Below, one piece after another: positions 34,566 through 48,203 of a stretch of DNA of 64,000 bases; position 1 is the stretch's first letter; each line of letters begins with the position of its first letter. The translations under genes and the position numbers were made by a program. The notes under the pieces are model-generated. The model saw only the letters and a list, made by a program, of their open reading frames with translations. It made no database searches and was not told the DNA's origin. Origin of the DNA: Vicugna vicugna (Eukaryota); NCBI GenBank assembly GCA_013265495.1, contig MU058584.1, positions 4,966,508 to 5,030,507 on the forward strand, read 5' to 3'.

Positions 34566-35627
34566 GTTAAGTAACGAAAAGATATCAAGGAACAAATAGA
34601 CTTTCTTGTCCGAGTCGTAAGTATAAGATGTGATGTTTGTTCTTAAATGACTCACAATTTACTTACATCCTGGAAAGCCTGTGTTCCTCCTTTACACAGA
34701 AAACACACGCTGTGGATAACAGCCTGTGGTTTTCCTTTCCTTTAATTATAGTCTGCTTTCCTTTGACATAGATTATAGTTTCAGAGATATACTTCAAATT
34801 GGTTTTGGAATTCAAACAGCTGTAACTTCTCATGCTTTGTTCTCCTTCCTCGCCCAGCCTCTCTGTCTGGCCATTAACTGATCTGAGAATAAACACTCCA
34901 ATGCAACGAGTTGTGAGCCTGGAAGTTTGCTTCAGAGCCCTTCCTTAGAAAAAGAAAAATGAAAATGTACTAAAACATCTGGAAGCAAAGAAAAAAGCTA
35001 AGAGAGAAGAAAAACACCAGGTTTCTGTGATTAGCATCTCAAGTTACAATGAATAGAGCTTCCATCATCCAAATTAAAAACAAAACTTAATTTGGACAGG
35101 CCAAGAAGTTTCATGATGAGATTCACATCAGTAGACTCAGGGCGATCTACCGAGGCAGGATTTCATGATAATATTTTGTATATTTTGTGCATCTCATCAA
35201 GTGCACAACAGACAAAATAAAATAGTTTCATAAATTACTGGTCAAATAAAGCATATACTATAGATTTTATGGATTAGCGACATGAAATAAAAGACAGGAT
35301 TAGCGTGAGCAATGGATCCCAGAAGTCTTGAGTCCTTTCTTATTATCCATAACCACTTGGCAAATACTCTTTCTTTTGCTAAATTGGTTAGGCAAATCAT
35401 CTCTGTTTAATTTTGTGTCCATCTTTATTTCTAGCTTTCTCATCCCTCTCCTGAACCATATATATATGTGTGTAGTGTAGATATGTTCACTCAAGAAATA
35501 CTTTCTAAATGAAGCAATTTGTGTATAGTTTATACTCAATTCATATACATACATTGATCGATGGATTTGTCTGAGGATTGCACGTGTCTTGAAAAAACTC
35601 TATATGTCTTCATCTTCACATCTCCTA

Positions 35628-36322
35628 GGATGATTATAATTTAAAAAACACAAAGTAACAAGTGTTGGCAAGAATGTGAAAGAAGTTGGAAGCATCATAT
35701 GTTATTAGTGAGAATGTAAAATGGAACAGCCCCTGTGGCAAAGTTTGTTGGTTCCTCAAGATCTAAACAGAGTTACCAGATGACCCAGGAATTGTGCTCT
35801 GAAAATGAATTGAAAACAAGGATTCAGACAGATACTTGTATGTCAATGTTCACTGCAGCATTATTCATAATAGACAAAAAATATAACTAATGCAAGTGTC
35901 CAGCAACTGTTGAATGAATAAACAAAATGCAGTATACAATGAAATATTATTCAGCCATAAAAATGAATGCAGTTCTTATATAGGCTAATGATGATAAACC
36001 TTGAGAGTATTAAGTGAAATAAGCCAGACACAGTAGGACAAATAATGTATGATTTCAGTGATATAAAATACCTAGAATAGGCAAATTCATAGAGCCAGAA
36101 GGTGGATTAGTGGTTACTGGGGGCTGCGGGGATGCTGGAATGGTGTGTTATTGCTTGAATGGGTCCAGAGTTTCTGTTTAAGGTGATGAAAAAGTTATCA
36201 TCGGGGAAAAGATACTGATAATGGTTGCACAATGTTGTGAATGTAATGAATGCCACTGAATTGGACAACTAAATGCTTAAAACTAAATTTTGTTATATAT
36301 ATTTTACTGCAATTTAAAAAAT
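35628..36322 (+). mobile_element. L1MB-like 3' end
   Basis: 'aacaagtgttggcaagaatgtg...caatgttcactgcagcattattcataatag...aagtgaaataagccagacacag...aataggcaaattcatagag...atgccactgaattggacaacta'. Confidence 0.9.
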
Positions 36323-36929
36323 CTGTTGCTTTGGTCTTGCGCACTTACATGGTATTCTATTTTATAGTTTACGAGAGATTGTCCCCACAGTCCCATGAAG
36401 TGGGCCGATATTTATCATTTCCTGCATCTCCCTGTCCCCACCCCTGCTTCAGTGATGATTAACTTGAAGTTCAGGGCATTCATGTAGTAAGTTCAGAAAT
36501 AGCTCTCATACCGACGCTCTCAGACTTGCTGCTCAAGGTTCAAGTGCTGATCTTTCAGAGACTCAAACCCTGGGAATTCTTTCAAGGTCAGCTGATCTTC
36601 GAGTGCTCAAAACCTGAGTTACTGCCATAGCAGTAACTGGTTTAGCTGCTGGTTATGACTGGTCCAGCCCACCCCTAACTTCGAGCACCCGACTGAATGA
36701 CTGTTAAAGGAATATAAATTCGGTCCAAACAAACATGCTTGGAAAGAGATTTCATGTATACCTTCAGAGATCAAAGTGCTCTGTGCAAGCACCTTGAAGA
36801 AGGAGCCGCACAAGAAACCAGACGGAGTGGATCTGACGTTTCCCAAAGAGAGGGCAAACGTTGGGTTAGCCTGGAAAACAGGTCATCCTGGGAATTGTCA
36901 GTCAGGATCTAAGTCTTTTGGAGCACTGG

Positions 36930-37130
36930 AAGCCTACATCCCCTCATTTGATCCTCATGACAATTGAGAGAGAAAATGAGGGTAGAAATGTTTTCTCCAT
37001 TTTACAGTTGAGAGAAGGTTAAAGGCTTGCCCAAGGTCATACAGTCAGAGGGGACTGAGATGAAAATAGAACTCAGGTGCCCTGAGTTCTAGGCCAGGGC
37101 TCTTTCCATTATCCTGCAGCTGCCTGCTTC
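36930..37130 (-). mobile_element. MIR
   Basis: 'ctcatttgatcctcatgacaa...ctccattttacagttgag...ggttaaaggcttgcccaaggtcatacag'. Confidence 0.8.
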
Positions 37131-37569
37131 CAAGAGACCCACATCCAATGCCCAGAAAATGCCATGCGGAAGACTGCTGTTACTATTCTAAGTTCAAGTT
37201 GTCCAGGGGGGGTTGCAGTGGGTGCAGCTAGAAGTGGAATGTGGGGATGCCATCCTGCCATCATGGATATAGAGTCTTTTTATGGCTTATGCCACTCCAA
37301 CTGGCATAAACAAGGCATAGCTGAAGATTAAATGTCCCGAACATTATTAGCTCATTAGATTTCCTGACACTTTCTCCCAGAATTCTGTTCTGTTTATGCC
37401 CCCAATCAAATTTCTTTTTATCAAATTTTGAAAATGTTCATGAAGCGATGTCCTCTTCCTTGCCACTCTTCAGCAAATACTCTCTCGTACACCTTGGGAA
37501 GGAAAAAATTCCTTTCAGTCAGAGCTCAAGTTGCCAAGAAGAAATTGCTCTATCTCTACCACCCCTGCC

Positions 37570-37669
37570 TTGGGTGACCAACTTGTCCCAGTCTGCCCGG
37601 GACTTTCCCAGCTGAAAGTCCTGTGTCTTCCCTTTGATCCAGGACAAAGTGGGGTAGTTGCTCATCCTA
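37570..37669. mobile_element. hAT-Blackjack MITE, MER81-like
   Basis: TIRs TTGGGTGACCAAC ... GTTGCTCATCCTA and internal 'gtcccagtctgcccgggact..ctgaaagtcc'. Confidence 0.8.
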
Positions 37670-39769
37670 CTATGGCCCTGAATTTTTCTACACCAGCTTC
37701 CCCGCTGAATCCATACCCCTTCTAATTCCTATTTGAGGGCTAATTTTTGCAAAGGTGATCCTGCTAGGGCAGGGGGCTGTTAACAGCAAATGGGAGTCCC
37801 ATGAGCTAGCCCTGGGCAGAGCAGGGAGGGCTTTCCGTGGCTCTCCCCATTCAGGCATGGTGATATTGACGGGAAGGAGTTCCCTCTTCCTGCTGCTGAG
37901 GGTGATGGGTCAGACCCTGCAAAGTGCTTTGTCCCCACAAGAAAGACGTTCTGTGGCTCTGCCTACATCTAACCACGGCAGATGGATCAGTGAACTGGCC
38001 TTGGTGGCTTTTGGCTCTGTAGGACAAGAAGAGTTTCCATGAAGGTAAAGGACAGGTTTTTCTGAGTCCTGAGCTTCCTGGTACGAGACTTGAGGGGTCC
38101 CTGGGGGTAGAAGAGAGTGGCTGTGACTGGTTGGAGATGGGAACAGCTGTTAGTGACACTCACTCTTGCCAGCAGGAAATTAGGACTATCCCATTGCCCC
38201 AGGGAAAATTTGTAATGTTTTCAGGATAGGACATTCTAGTAAGGCCAAGCAGGGAGCAATTACCTCCAGCGTCAATCAGTCTATGGGATAATTGAGACGA
38301 TTCAGCACAAACCAGTTTGTCCTTCACTTCTCTTGACAAAAGAGGTCTGATGACTTTGGCTGGCTGGAGCCAGCCCACTGCAGCTGGCAGGTTGTCCCAG
38401 CAGGTTAGACGAAGCGCTGTGCTAGCAGAGAGGTTAAAGCACTTGCTCAGATGCCCCCTTCCCGAATGTTCCTGTTCCCTTAGGAGGGAGTTTTCTGTTC
38501 AGGCTTAGATCTGGCCGCCTTTCTGACCTGACACAGGGTATTTGCTGCTGCTGGATCTGTTGTTTCAGGGAGTGACTACTGGACAGCTCCAGCGGGGAGG
38601 ACATCTAGCAGCATTTCAGCCTCACTGTCTTGCCGGGAGCTTCCATAATGGAGAAGATAAATTCACTGCATGTGCGCGCAGGGCTTATGTAAGCAGCAGG
38701 CAGCAGGGCAGAGTGGAGAAGATGGGAGGGGGCAGGGAGCGCCGGCGGCCCCGCAGTGCAGAGCCCAGCTTGGAAAGCCCATGCGGAGGTGCGGCAGGAG
38801 TGTGCTGCTGCGATGCAGACAGCAGCAGGGGCGGAGGAGGGTTTATGAGTTTCTAGCCCTCGTGCTGGGACACAAAAGCCCTAATTTGGCAATGCTCAGG
38901 GGGTAGGACTGGAGATGGTGGGAAAGCTGCCTTATTGGGGCTGGTTTGTGACAATAGGTGGCGGTGTGCAGTGCGGGAGGGAGCTGAGGAGACAGAGGGG
39001 AGAGGAAAAGGCCAGAGGCCTTGGAGCTGCTTTGCAGGGGGGAAGGAATTAAACCAGCAAGATTCTTTCTGCCTTATGATCTCAGCCAGACTCCTCCCCA
39101 TCTTTGACGCTCCTAGACCACGGCCCACAGCTGCCCACCCTAGCACACAGCAACCAGCAGAAGCCTCTGCTGGAGTCATCGTTTCTGGGGATATTCAGAC
39201 ATCCAGCATCTCAGCATCTCAGCTGAGTAGGCAGCTTTACGTTGCATCAGTCAGTTGGTTACAATCCCACAACATTTATTTGAACTTATTCTGCACAAGG
39301 AATCAGGCTATGCAATTCAGGGCATTTTCCTGCTCTCTGAGTTTGCAGGATATTGGTAAGAAATAGGCTTGGGCTCAGATAAATAAAGCATACAGCTAGA
39401 CATGGTACCTGAAATTCTTGAGGGAGATGTAAAGTGCTATATAATTTTTTCTAGGGGTTCAAATAACTAACATCAATTTCCTTCCAGCTGATTTTCAGCT
39501 TGAGAGGAGTAAGATATGGGCTGTTTTGTATGATCTCTGCAAATCTGATCAAGTTGTCAATAGGGCAGAAGCGGTAGGTACATTTCAGCTTCTGTTCAAC
39601 TTCAATAATATTCACTCTTTTTTTTTTTTTTTCTGGCTCTGGTAGAGAAAGCTGGCCTTTAAAGTGAGACCTGGGTAGAGATCTTGGCATTGTCCTTTGC
39701 TTGCTTTGTGTTATCGGGCAAGAAACTTCACTGTCAGTTTTTTCATCTGTTAAGTGAGGCTGAACTAAA

Positions 39770-40003
39770 AAGTGATTAAGAGCACAGGCTCTGAAGTTAA
39801 GCTGCCTGGATTTGAATACAGAACCCATTACTTATTAACTGTGACCTTGGGTAAGTTGCTGAACCTCCTGGTGCCTCATTTCTTCATCTGGAAAATGGGG
39901 GCAACAACAGTACCTACCTCATCAGGATACTGTGATGATTAAACATGTTGATACGTGCATAGAACTTAAAGTAGTGGTTCATAAAGAATAAATGTTTTAT
40001 AAC
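39770..40003 (+). mobile_element. MIR, near full length
   Basis: 'gtgattaagagcacaggctctgaag...ctgtgaccttgggtaagttgctgaacctcctggtgcctcatttcttcatctggaaaatggggg...agtacctacctcat'. Confidence 0.9.
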
Positions 40004-43000
40004 AATGATGATAACAACAATAATTTCATCACAAGTTTGCTGTGAGGTACAAATTAGACAACATACATTAAAGTACCTGGAAAATAAATATGAGTACATG
40101 TAATTGTCTCCTCCTTTTACTTACGATCATTTAGGAAATGCAGAAGAGCCTTCTGTGCTAATACTCTGTACCACATGATTAAGTCTGATATGGATAGAAA
40201 ACTTTTTCTTCTTTTGCTACTCTTCTTTTCAGAAAATGGGAACTAAAGTTGATTTAGGGAGTGATTATTAATATGATATAATAGCTCTTAACATTAAATA
40301 CAAAAGTTATGCTAAAGTACAATTTTCAAAAAGGTAAAAAGCATGACTCATATACAAATATATAATGAAGAAATTTCAAATGTTTTATTGAACCCATTAA
40401 TTAATTAGGGAATGAGTAAGATGCTAAAATCTGTTCAGAGGAGAAGTTGCAGAACACACACAAACACAGACACAGACACACACACAATCAGGAATGCTGA
40501 AATGAATTTGCTGACAGTTGCAAAACTGGTTAATAGCCTATAGTACCATAAAGTATAATACTTGGAGTTAACCTTTTTCAGGATGGAAATCAATCAAATC
40601 TCTACAAGAAAAAATTCATTTGCATTTCTATAGACAAGAATAATTTGTTTTACTCTCAGTTTTCTACTAGTTAACTTCTATTTCTCCAGAGCTGTACAAT
40701 TGCCTAGTTTGTGAAAACAGTTTATAGAACCCAACAATCCCCAGAGAGTCTGCTAGCTGATGCCCGAGTCTTCACTGAAAAAGCATCCAGTAAAGTTCCT
40801 AATAATTACAGATAAATTGAAAGATAAAATTTCTTTTCAGCTGGAAAAGATTGTGAAAAGTATTTACACTTGTCAGTTGATTGTGTAATTTGATGTTTAC
40901 CAAACACCACGGTTCCTCAGATTAAGACCATCCTCCTTCAGATGGGAGGGCTGAGAGGTGATGGATGTTACCAGGATCACTGATAGCAGAGGCTGCTTTT
41001 TGCTGACTGGCATCTCAGAGAGTCTATGGCCTGATGACTCTTCTTCCAGAGGCACTGCAGCCTTGAGAGAGAAGTCTAGCCACAGGTCTTCAGTGCAGTG
41101 GGATAGGAAACCCGAAGTGGTTGGAGGTTGGGGAGGGGGAAAGGGAGGACCTAAGCCCCTTGTGGTTTGATCAGCGCCAATCCACTGGGACACAAGGTAG
41201 AACAGCTCCTTTCTCTGACTTCTTCTTGGCCCCTCCGGCACTGTCTATCATAAGCCCATGAACCATATTCGTATCAACACATTCAGTGTCCATGAAGTAG
41301 GGGACTTTTTTTTCAACTACTTTCGATATGATCATGGGCTAGTAGAAATGCTGAGAATTAGCATGATTAAGACTCCTTGGAAGGTTTTCCCCAGGAACTC
41401 AGTGCTGAGTTTGCCCTTACTTCCTAGCAGGGAGTTGGTTGTGTCTCCCAAAGCACGCACGGTCTGGGAGCCCCCTAAATTATAATCACTTTGAGTATTG
41501 TCCCTAAATGTTGAGCATGAAGTCATTTAAACAATCAGCGGGCCAGACTCTTTCTCGTCTTCTTTTTTTGGAGGTGAAAACAGCCAGTCTCTCATAGGCA
41601 CTGGGAGGGAGGAAGGTGAGGGGGAAATGGCATCGTGTGAGTGGCCCTTGGTTTGTCCTACTTAGTGATAGGGTGCATCTACCCCAGCGGTTCTCTAACT
41701 CTTGCATTCGGGGAACCAGGGAGAAGTGAAAGAAAACACAGTGGGATCAACCGAATACGATTTCTTCTTTGGCAGGTGAGGAGATGATTTCTCTTCCTCT
41801 TTTCTTTAATTCGGCTACATAAGTAAGTCTAATCAGTGAAAGTGATTGTAGAGGTTTTTCAGAATGTATTTTCAGTTGTCATCACCCAAAGACAGCAATC
41901 GACATGCAGATGAGCTCTTTCTATCTTACCATAGGAGAGGAACACGGATTCTTCCTAATGGAGGAGAAATGGCAAATGGATGCTTACTGTGGCTTCTCCG
42001 ACCACAGGTGGCCCATTGGGGTAGAGGGAGGGGAGATGGAGAGCCAGGAGGCACATTTTGTGTCCTGAACTGATGCTACCCTGTATCGACTACCTGCTTT
42101 CTGCCAGGAAGAGGCTAAGTGCTACACTAATGTTCTCTTCCCACACTACTGGAAGAGAGGTCGGGATTAAGGGATCTTATTTCTTCCTCTCTTCTCCCCA
42201 GCCTGAACAAAGATGAGCCACTAAGTGACTTTCCCTGAAGTTCGCCAGGCCATTGGGATGTTCAACCAGAAAGGGTGCCCCAGGGCATTGCAATTTGGCA
42301 GCATTAGAGATCCACTCTCATTCTGACCTTCAGTCTGAATAATTAGCGCCTGCTCATCTAATGAAACAAAGGAGATCTGGGGCAGCAAAGGACAGAATTA
42401 GAAATAACCCACCAGGAGGTGAGAACTTGGCCTGAGGAGGACAGCACCTGCCTACAACCTAAATGGAAGAAAACAAATCAGTTGGAGGAGGCAGACAGAA
42501 GCCTCCCTGATCTGTTATTAAAAAAACTCAAAAATGACCCTCAACATAGCCCTCCAACAAACCAATGAACTAAGATGAAATTCCCAAAGCACCTCCTTCC
42601 CTGCCGGGAACATGGGTAAATGAATCCCAGGCCGCAGCAGCTGCTAAGGCATCACTCAGAGCTGTTTCCATCCAGTCCCGGGAGACAGAGCCCCAGAGCT
42701 ACCCCCTTCCCCTCCCGTGCCAGCTCTGCTAAATTTAGCTCTTCCAGCACGTGCACAGTCTATATTTAGGACCTGAAAGTCAGAGTTCAGCCTGCGATTC
42801 ATCAAGCCATCAGTCATCCCTCCATCCAAGCGACACAAAAAGAAAAATCCTTCCAAAAGAAGCACTTGCTCTCTACCAGGGGTGGAAGCCATTCTAAGAA
42901 CAGGGAATCCACTGAGCCAAAGGGGTTTTCTCCTCAGCCGGATGGTGTGAGGAGCTCCTGAGAGTGCCAGGCATGGAGCCAGCCAGTGGAGTGTGGCTCC

Positions 43001-43222
43001 AAAGAGCCGGAGGACAGGGGAAAGAGGAGGGAAGGAGCAGGGAATGGCCAGCAGGCCTTGCTACATTCATTCTGTCCCCATGGAAATTGCCAGCAACTCG
43101 GTGTGGATGTTAAAGCCCTGGCTTGGAAGTCATTCATTGATGGGAACCTGCCTTGAGACCCCCTCCAAGCAGATTAGGAACCCCTCTGTTAGACACAGTA
43201 TTTCTTTTGCCACACCCTACAG

Positions 43223-43345
43223 CAGTGACCCCCCTCAAACTATAATGTGCAGATAAATCACCTGATGTGGTGTTAAAATGCAGGTTCCTATGAAAATGAG
43301 AGTCTGCATTTCTAACAAGCTCAGAGGATGACTCTGGTAGTGCAT
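43223..43345. mobile_element. MER5A-like MITE, internally deleted
   Basis: 'cagtgaccccctcaaact...aatcacctg..tgttaaaatgcaggttcct...tctgcatttctaacaagctc'. Confidence 0.7.
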
Positions 43346-43825
43346 CAGGAGCTTCTGTGCGGCAAAGGTGATACCAGGCTGACCAGCTGATATCAAATGT
43401 AGATATTGCCTCAGAGGCTGAGCTTGTAAGTCCATGGATGAAGGCTTTACAGGAGGAGTGCTGGGGAGGGAGGAAAGTGGGAGGTCTTTCATTCACCCAC
43501 CCCTACTGCACCACCATTACCACCATGATTGCAAGCCAGTGGAACTGCATCAAAGAAAGGGAGAGATCCTGGTACATGGAAAAGAGACCCTGTGTCCATG
43601 AGTTTCAGTGCAAACTCTGAGATGCTCCTGTTCTCCCACCTGAAGACTTCCCTTTTATCAGAACAAGCAATACTGCAGGGGTATCTCAATGGGGGGGGCA
43701 GCACTAGCTGGGGCTAGTGTGGAGGGACCCGGGTTTTCCTTCTCCTGAGGGACAGCCCACGAGATGGATGGTTAACTACTGTCATAGGATAATCCAACTG
43801 CAAATTGGGAGGAGGTTTCAGGATA

Positions 43826-44160
43826 CTAGTAAACTGACAACAAAGAGTGGTGAAAGACAAAATACACCAGATGATTAAAGAGATGATTTAACTCAGGCTA
43901 TTGCAATAGGAAGAACATTCATTAATAAGGAACGTCTTAAAGAAAAGGAAGGAGAGGATCTAGCACTATAGGAGGAGATAAATGAGTCTTAAGGAAGGGT
44001 CTTATTTCAGAATATTCACAATATTGGAGGATAGTGTGGTTATTTTGCAGTTAGTGATTTTGGAACCCAGAAGGCTAGGGGATTTCTGAGAACAAAAAGA
44101 TGGAGGAATTTATTAACCTTAGATTTTTATAGGAGCATAGGACTCAGGTAAGTTTCAACC
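43826..44160 (-). mobile_element. Probable LTR remnant
   Basis: 'gatgatttaactcaggctattgcaatagg...ggaggaatttattaacctt...ctcaggtaagtttcaac' resembles antisense ERV1 LTRs; termini are degenerate. Confidence 0.45.
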
Positions 44161-44164
44161 CCAT

Positions 44165-45480
44165 CAGGGTATAAGGTTGGTGCTGTTATGTGTGGAGTGG
44201 GGGATGGCTGAGGAATGAGAGGAGAAGAGAAGTCAAGGGTTCCTCTTGAGATTTTGACCTGAGCCACTGAAAGAATGGAGTTCCTACCATTCACTAAAAC
44301 GGGAAGGACTACAGGGCAAGCAGGCTTGGGGATGGGATGGGAAATTAAGAGTTTATTTTTTGGCATAATAAATTTGAAAAGCCTACACAATTCTAGTAGA
44401 GGTACTAACTGGAAATTGTATTCATAAGGCTGGTGTTCAGAGGAGAGATGAGGTTAGAGTTATACAACAGAGAATCATCAGCATAAGCATGGTATTTAAG
44501 TCTATGAGACTGGAGGAGATCACCAAGGGAGCAAGCAGAGACGCTGAAGATGCCTGAAGGCCAAGCACTGGTCCTGTGTACATTTAGATGCCAGCGATAT
44601 AAATAGGAACTAACAGAGGAGACTGAGAATGAGCGGTCAGTGAAGTAGATAAACAACCAAGAATAATCCCCAAGAAAAAAAAAATATTTCAGGAAGGAAA
44701 ACGGGATTGTTGGGGTCAAATGCTGCTGTAGGTCTAGTAGGACGAACTGTGAGAATTAACTCCTGGATTTAGCTGTGTGTATGTGGAATGAGGTGGGGAT
44801 GAGGAAAGAATAGAAGGTCTTGAAAAGAGTGGTTTTTAAGGAGTGTCGAAAAGGAGAATCTGATTGGAGTGAGTTCAAGAAAAAATGGGAATAGTGGAAG
44901 AAAGGACACTGCACACACACAACTCCTGAGGACTGTTGCTATAAAGCAAGGGGCCAGGGTAGTGGCTGAAGGCAGAAGTAGGGTTGAGAGATGGGCTTAA
45001 AGTGAGATAAACAACAGTATGTTTGTATACAGATAAGAAAATTTATTACGTGGGGAAGAGATGAAACACTGGAAGGAAGAAAATCCTTGCGAAGGTGCCA
45101 GGGGATGGGTCCTGGAGCACAATAGAAGGGTTGACTTCAGCCAGCACCATGGATAGTTCATACATTGAAAGAGGAGATGACAGCTTGTAGGTGGAGCTTC
45201 CAGAAGATTGGTGGACGGCAGTATGTGGAAATTCTTTTCTGATTGTTTCTAATTTCTATGGGAAATAAGAAGCGATGTCATCAGTTGAGAATAAAAGGAG
45301 TTGTTGGAAGTTTAATGTGGGAGGAGAAGGTGTGAAATTCTTGCGGAGGAGAAGGGGAGAGTGAATGAACCAGGGCTAATAGGATGCGAGGGCATCACAA
45401 AGAGCATCAGGTAGGCTAGTGACTATCCATGGAAAACGACACCAGTTAGCACGGTTGTGTGTTTTCTCCAGCCAAGCTGA
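44165..45480 (-). mobile_element. L2 remnant
   Basis: Homologous to the 22.9-24.1 kb L2 ('ggtatttaagtctatgagactggaggagatcaccaagggag', 'ggtcaaatgctgctg'). Confidence 0.8.
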
Positions 45481-48121
45481 AGGTTCAGGGAGGAAAGGGT
45501 GCACCCTCAGCTCTCTTCCTTCGCTCATTTTTTCTTGCAGCGCTCACAGCTCCTGAAGCTCGTGGCTGTTTGTTCCAAACTCTGAGGTGAATTCCGGATG
45601 AGAGCTGGGGGTTACAGAGAGACAAAGCTTTCTCTGGAATGTCTGTTCCTCCTGCCAGTCAGCGTTCATCTGGCAGGCCAGCCTTTGACTGCGCTGGTAT
45701 TTTAAGCATCCAAATGCGTTCTAAGCCAGCCTGGCAGCCATTCTGTGCAATCCACAGCACTGCCCTTTACGCCAGAGGGGACTTGGGGACCTTGATCTGA
45801 ATTGCGATGGAATCCATTTGCTCAGGGACACTAATAGACTGGATTCAGAGGTGGATAGATTTGGAATTTTTGTTAAAGGGAAGAGGGGAGTCAGGGAAGG
45901 AGACAGCTGGGAAGGAGTAAAGTTTGGAAATGATTTAAATAAAATAGGCTTCAAAGAAAATGTTCTTCCCTTGACCCCAACCCCCTAAAAAGCTGCACAA
46001 AGCAAATGAGACAAGAGGTTAGATTTGTAGCGACGTATTGAAGCTCTCATCTCTGTAGGCTGAGAGTGATTACTTCATTAATATCTGTAACAGACTCAGA
46101 ACAGTATCTGACAAATTAGAAAGCATAATAGAAATGCTGGTAGTATTATTTATTATTATATACTCTTTTATTATTTTATTATTATGCCTTGACTAGGGCT
46201 GAACTCCCTCTTGTTTCTGTGTCTTTTTTCTAGACCATGAAGAAAATCTTATTTAAATAAGCAATGAAAATTAATAAATTAATTGATGTGGTTCTCATAC
46301 AAAGATGCCATTCCCACGTCTGAAACACATCACAAGTGTGATGTGAAGGTAATGCTGAGTAATGGGGAAGGCATGGAATTTCCAGCCAGAGATGCCTTAG
46401 CTAGCCTGCACTTAGCCAAGCTACTTAAATTCCAAGAACTGTACTTTGCTGATGTGTGAAATGGAGACAGTAATAACCTATCCTTGCGAATGTTATCAGG
46501 GTTTAATAAATCGATACATATAATTGTACTGTGAATGGTGCTGGGTATCCGGTATGTATCCAGCGATGGTACCTGTGATTGTTAGCAATTCTGGCGGATT
46601 CCTTAAGTAGGAAAATCCTTCATCTTCTCCATGCACAGAAATCTTTTTTGACCTCTTCAGGACCAACTTGATGCCAGCTTCCACAGAAACCCTAGTCCAG
46701 ATTCTCCTAGTCAGAGTTAACTTTTTTCCCTCTGGGCTTCCACTACATTTTGCATTGTTTCTCCTCCCCTGCCCCAGTTCTTCTTGGAAGTCTTTTTCCT
46801 TGCATGTCTGTCTCTTGAGTTAGATTTAAGTCTCTCTGAATCTCTTTGCCATTTAGTGGAAAGGCTGGGATGTAGTAGGCATCTAACAAATGTTTATAGG
46901 ATTCATTGAGAGTTCTCGCTAATCTTCAAAGCTGAGAAACTGACTTACATTTGGAAGGGATTCATTTCTCTCTTTTCCCAAATTTCCCCTATCAGAATTT
47001 TGGGAGCAATATACCGCAGGGAGTAAATGTCTGAAGTCAGTAGACCTCTTCTGGAATCCCATCTCAGCAATCACATAGTATATTGCTTGGTGTATCACAA
47101 GCAGCTAATATTACGTTTCCTCCCCCTCCCCCCTCCTCCTCCATCTCCTTCTTCTTCCAGGCATCATCGGCATCATCACCAAAGAGATAATGTCCATCCT
47201 GCTTGTCATCTAAGGAGGGAGGAAGGACACGTATGCAGTGTAACCAGAGCAGAGTACAGAGTGATGCTTACAGGCCCTCACTTGATCTTGGAGCACAAGG
47301 AGAGCACAGCCGGCTCCGGACAAGAAAAGATCACTTTCCAGGCAAGGCAGAAAGGAAACATACTGTTCCTAGGCAGTTTACGCTGCTTCCCACACCAGCG
47401 GATCAAAGTAACTAGGGCAGATAAGCGTCCAGTAAAGGCAGGAAAAAACGGTGCCTACTTCCGTGCCAGGGATAAGGGGGCATGTTGTAAGAATGGACAC
47501 TTAAAACTCTGAGGAGAAGCATTAGCCATACGCCCTCCAGTGACTGAAAAAGTCTTAGATCTACTGTAGGAAAGTGACTGTGAAAGGGAAGGTCGGCCAG
47601 AGGAGGACCTGTTTGTCACTGAAGCTACCACTGGGCTCTTCTCTGCTGTAAGTGAGGTTCATTTTACTAACATCCAAGAAGAGAGGAACTGAAGCTCTAA
47701 CACACGTGGCAGTGTGGTGTAATGGAAAGAAAAGGAGATTCAGCCCCGGATTTGTTACTAGCTCGGTGGCTTTTTAAAATTACTTAATCTCAGTGAATTT
47801 CAGTTTCCTGAGGATGGTTGGGAGGATTCGAGATGATACGATGAACCAGGCTCACTAACTAGCAGCTTCACCTTTGAGGACTCTCATACACACCTGGGCT
47901 TTTTCAAATTAGAGAGCAGTCAAAACTAACAATAAACAAAAAAAACATTGCAGGTAAAATGTTCTGACTGCTTCTAGTTTTGGGCATGGCCCTCCTAAAG
48001 CTCTTCTTGTCCTGGACCAAAACCTCAGGACACAGTAAATTGACTTTTTTTTTTTTTCTATTCTGGGTCCTCTTCTATATCCCAAACCCCAGCTTAGAAA
48101 ATTCTTGAAATTATTCTTAGG

Positions 48122-48203
48122 GGCACTGAGCTGGAGTACGGGAAGACATCAGTGCTCACTGAGGCGCTGAGCTGGAGTATGGGAAGACATCAATGCTCAC
48201 TGT
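48122..48203. repeat. 41-bp tandem duplication (2 copies)
   Basis: GGCACTGAGCTGGAGTACGGGAAGACATCAGTGCTCACTGA / GGCGCTGAGCTGGAGTATGGGAAGACATCAATGCTCACTGT. Confidence 0.9.

Noticed and set aside
47027..47512. 161-aa ORF with Pro/Ser/His runs
   Set aside because: The runs come from a low-complexity CCT/CAT stretch; no known family.
48122..48203. CRISPR-like direct repeats
   Set aside because: Only two adjacent units, no spacers, no cas genes, eukaryotic context.
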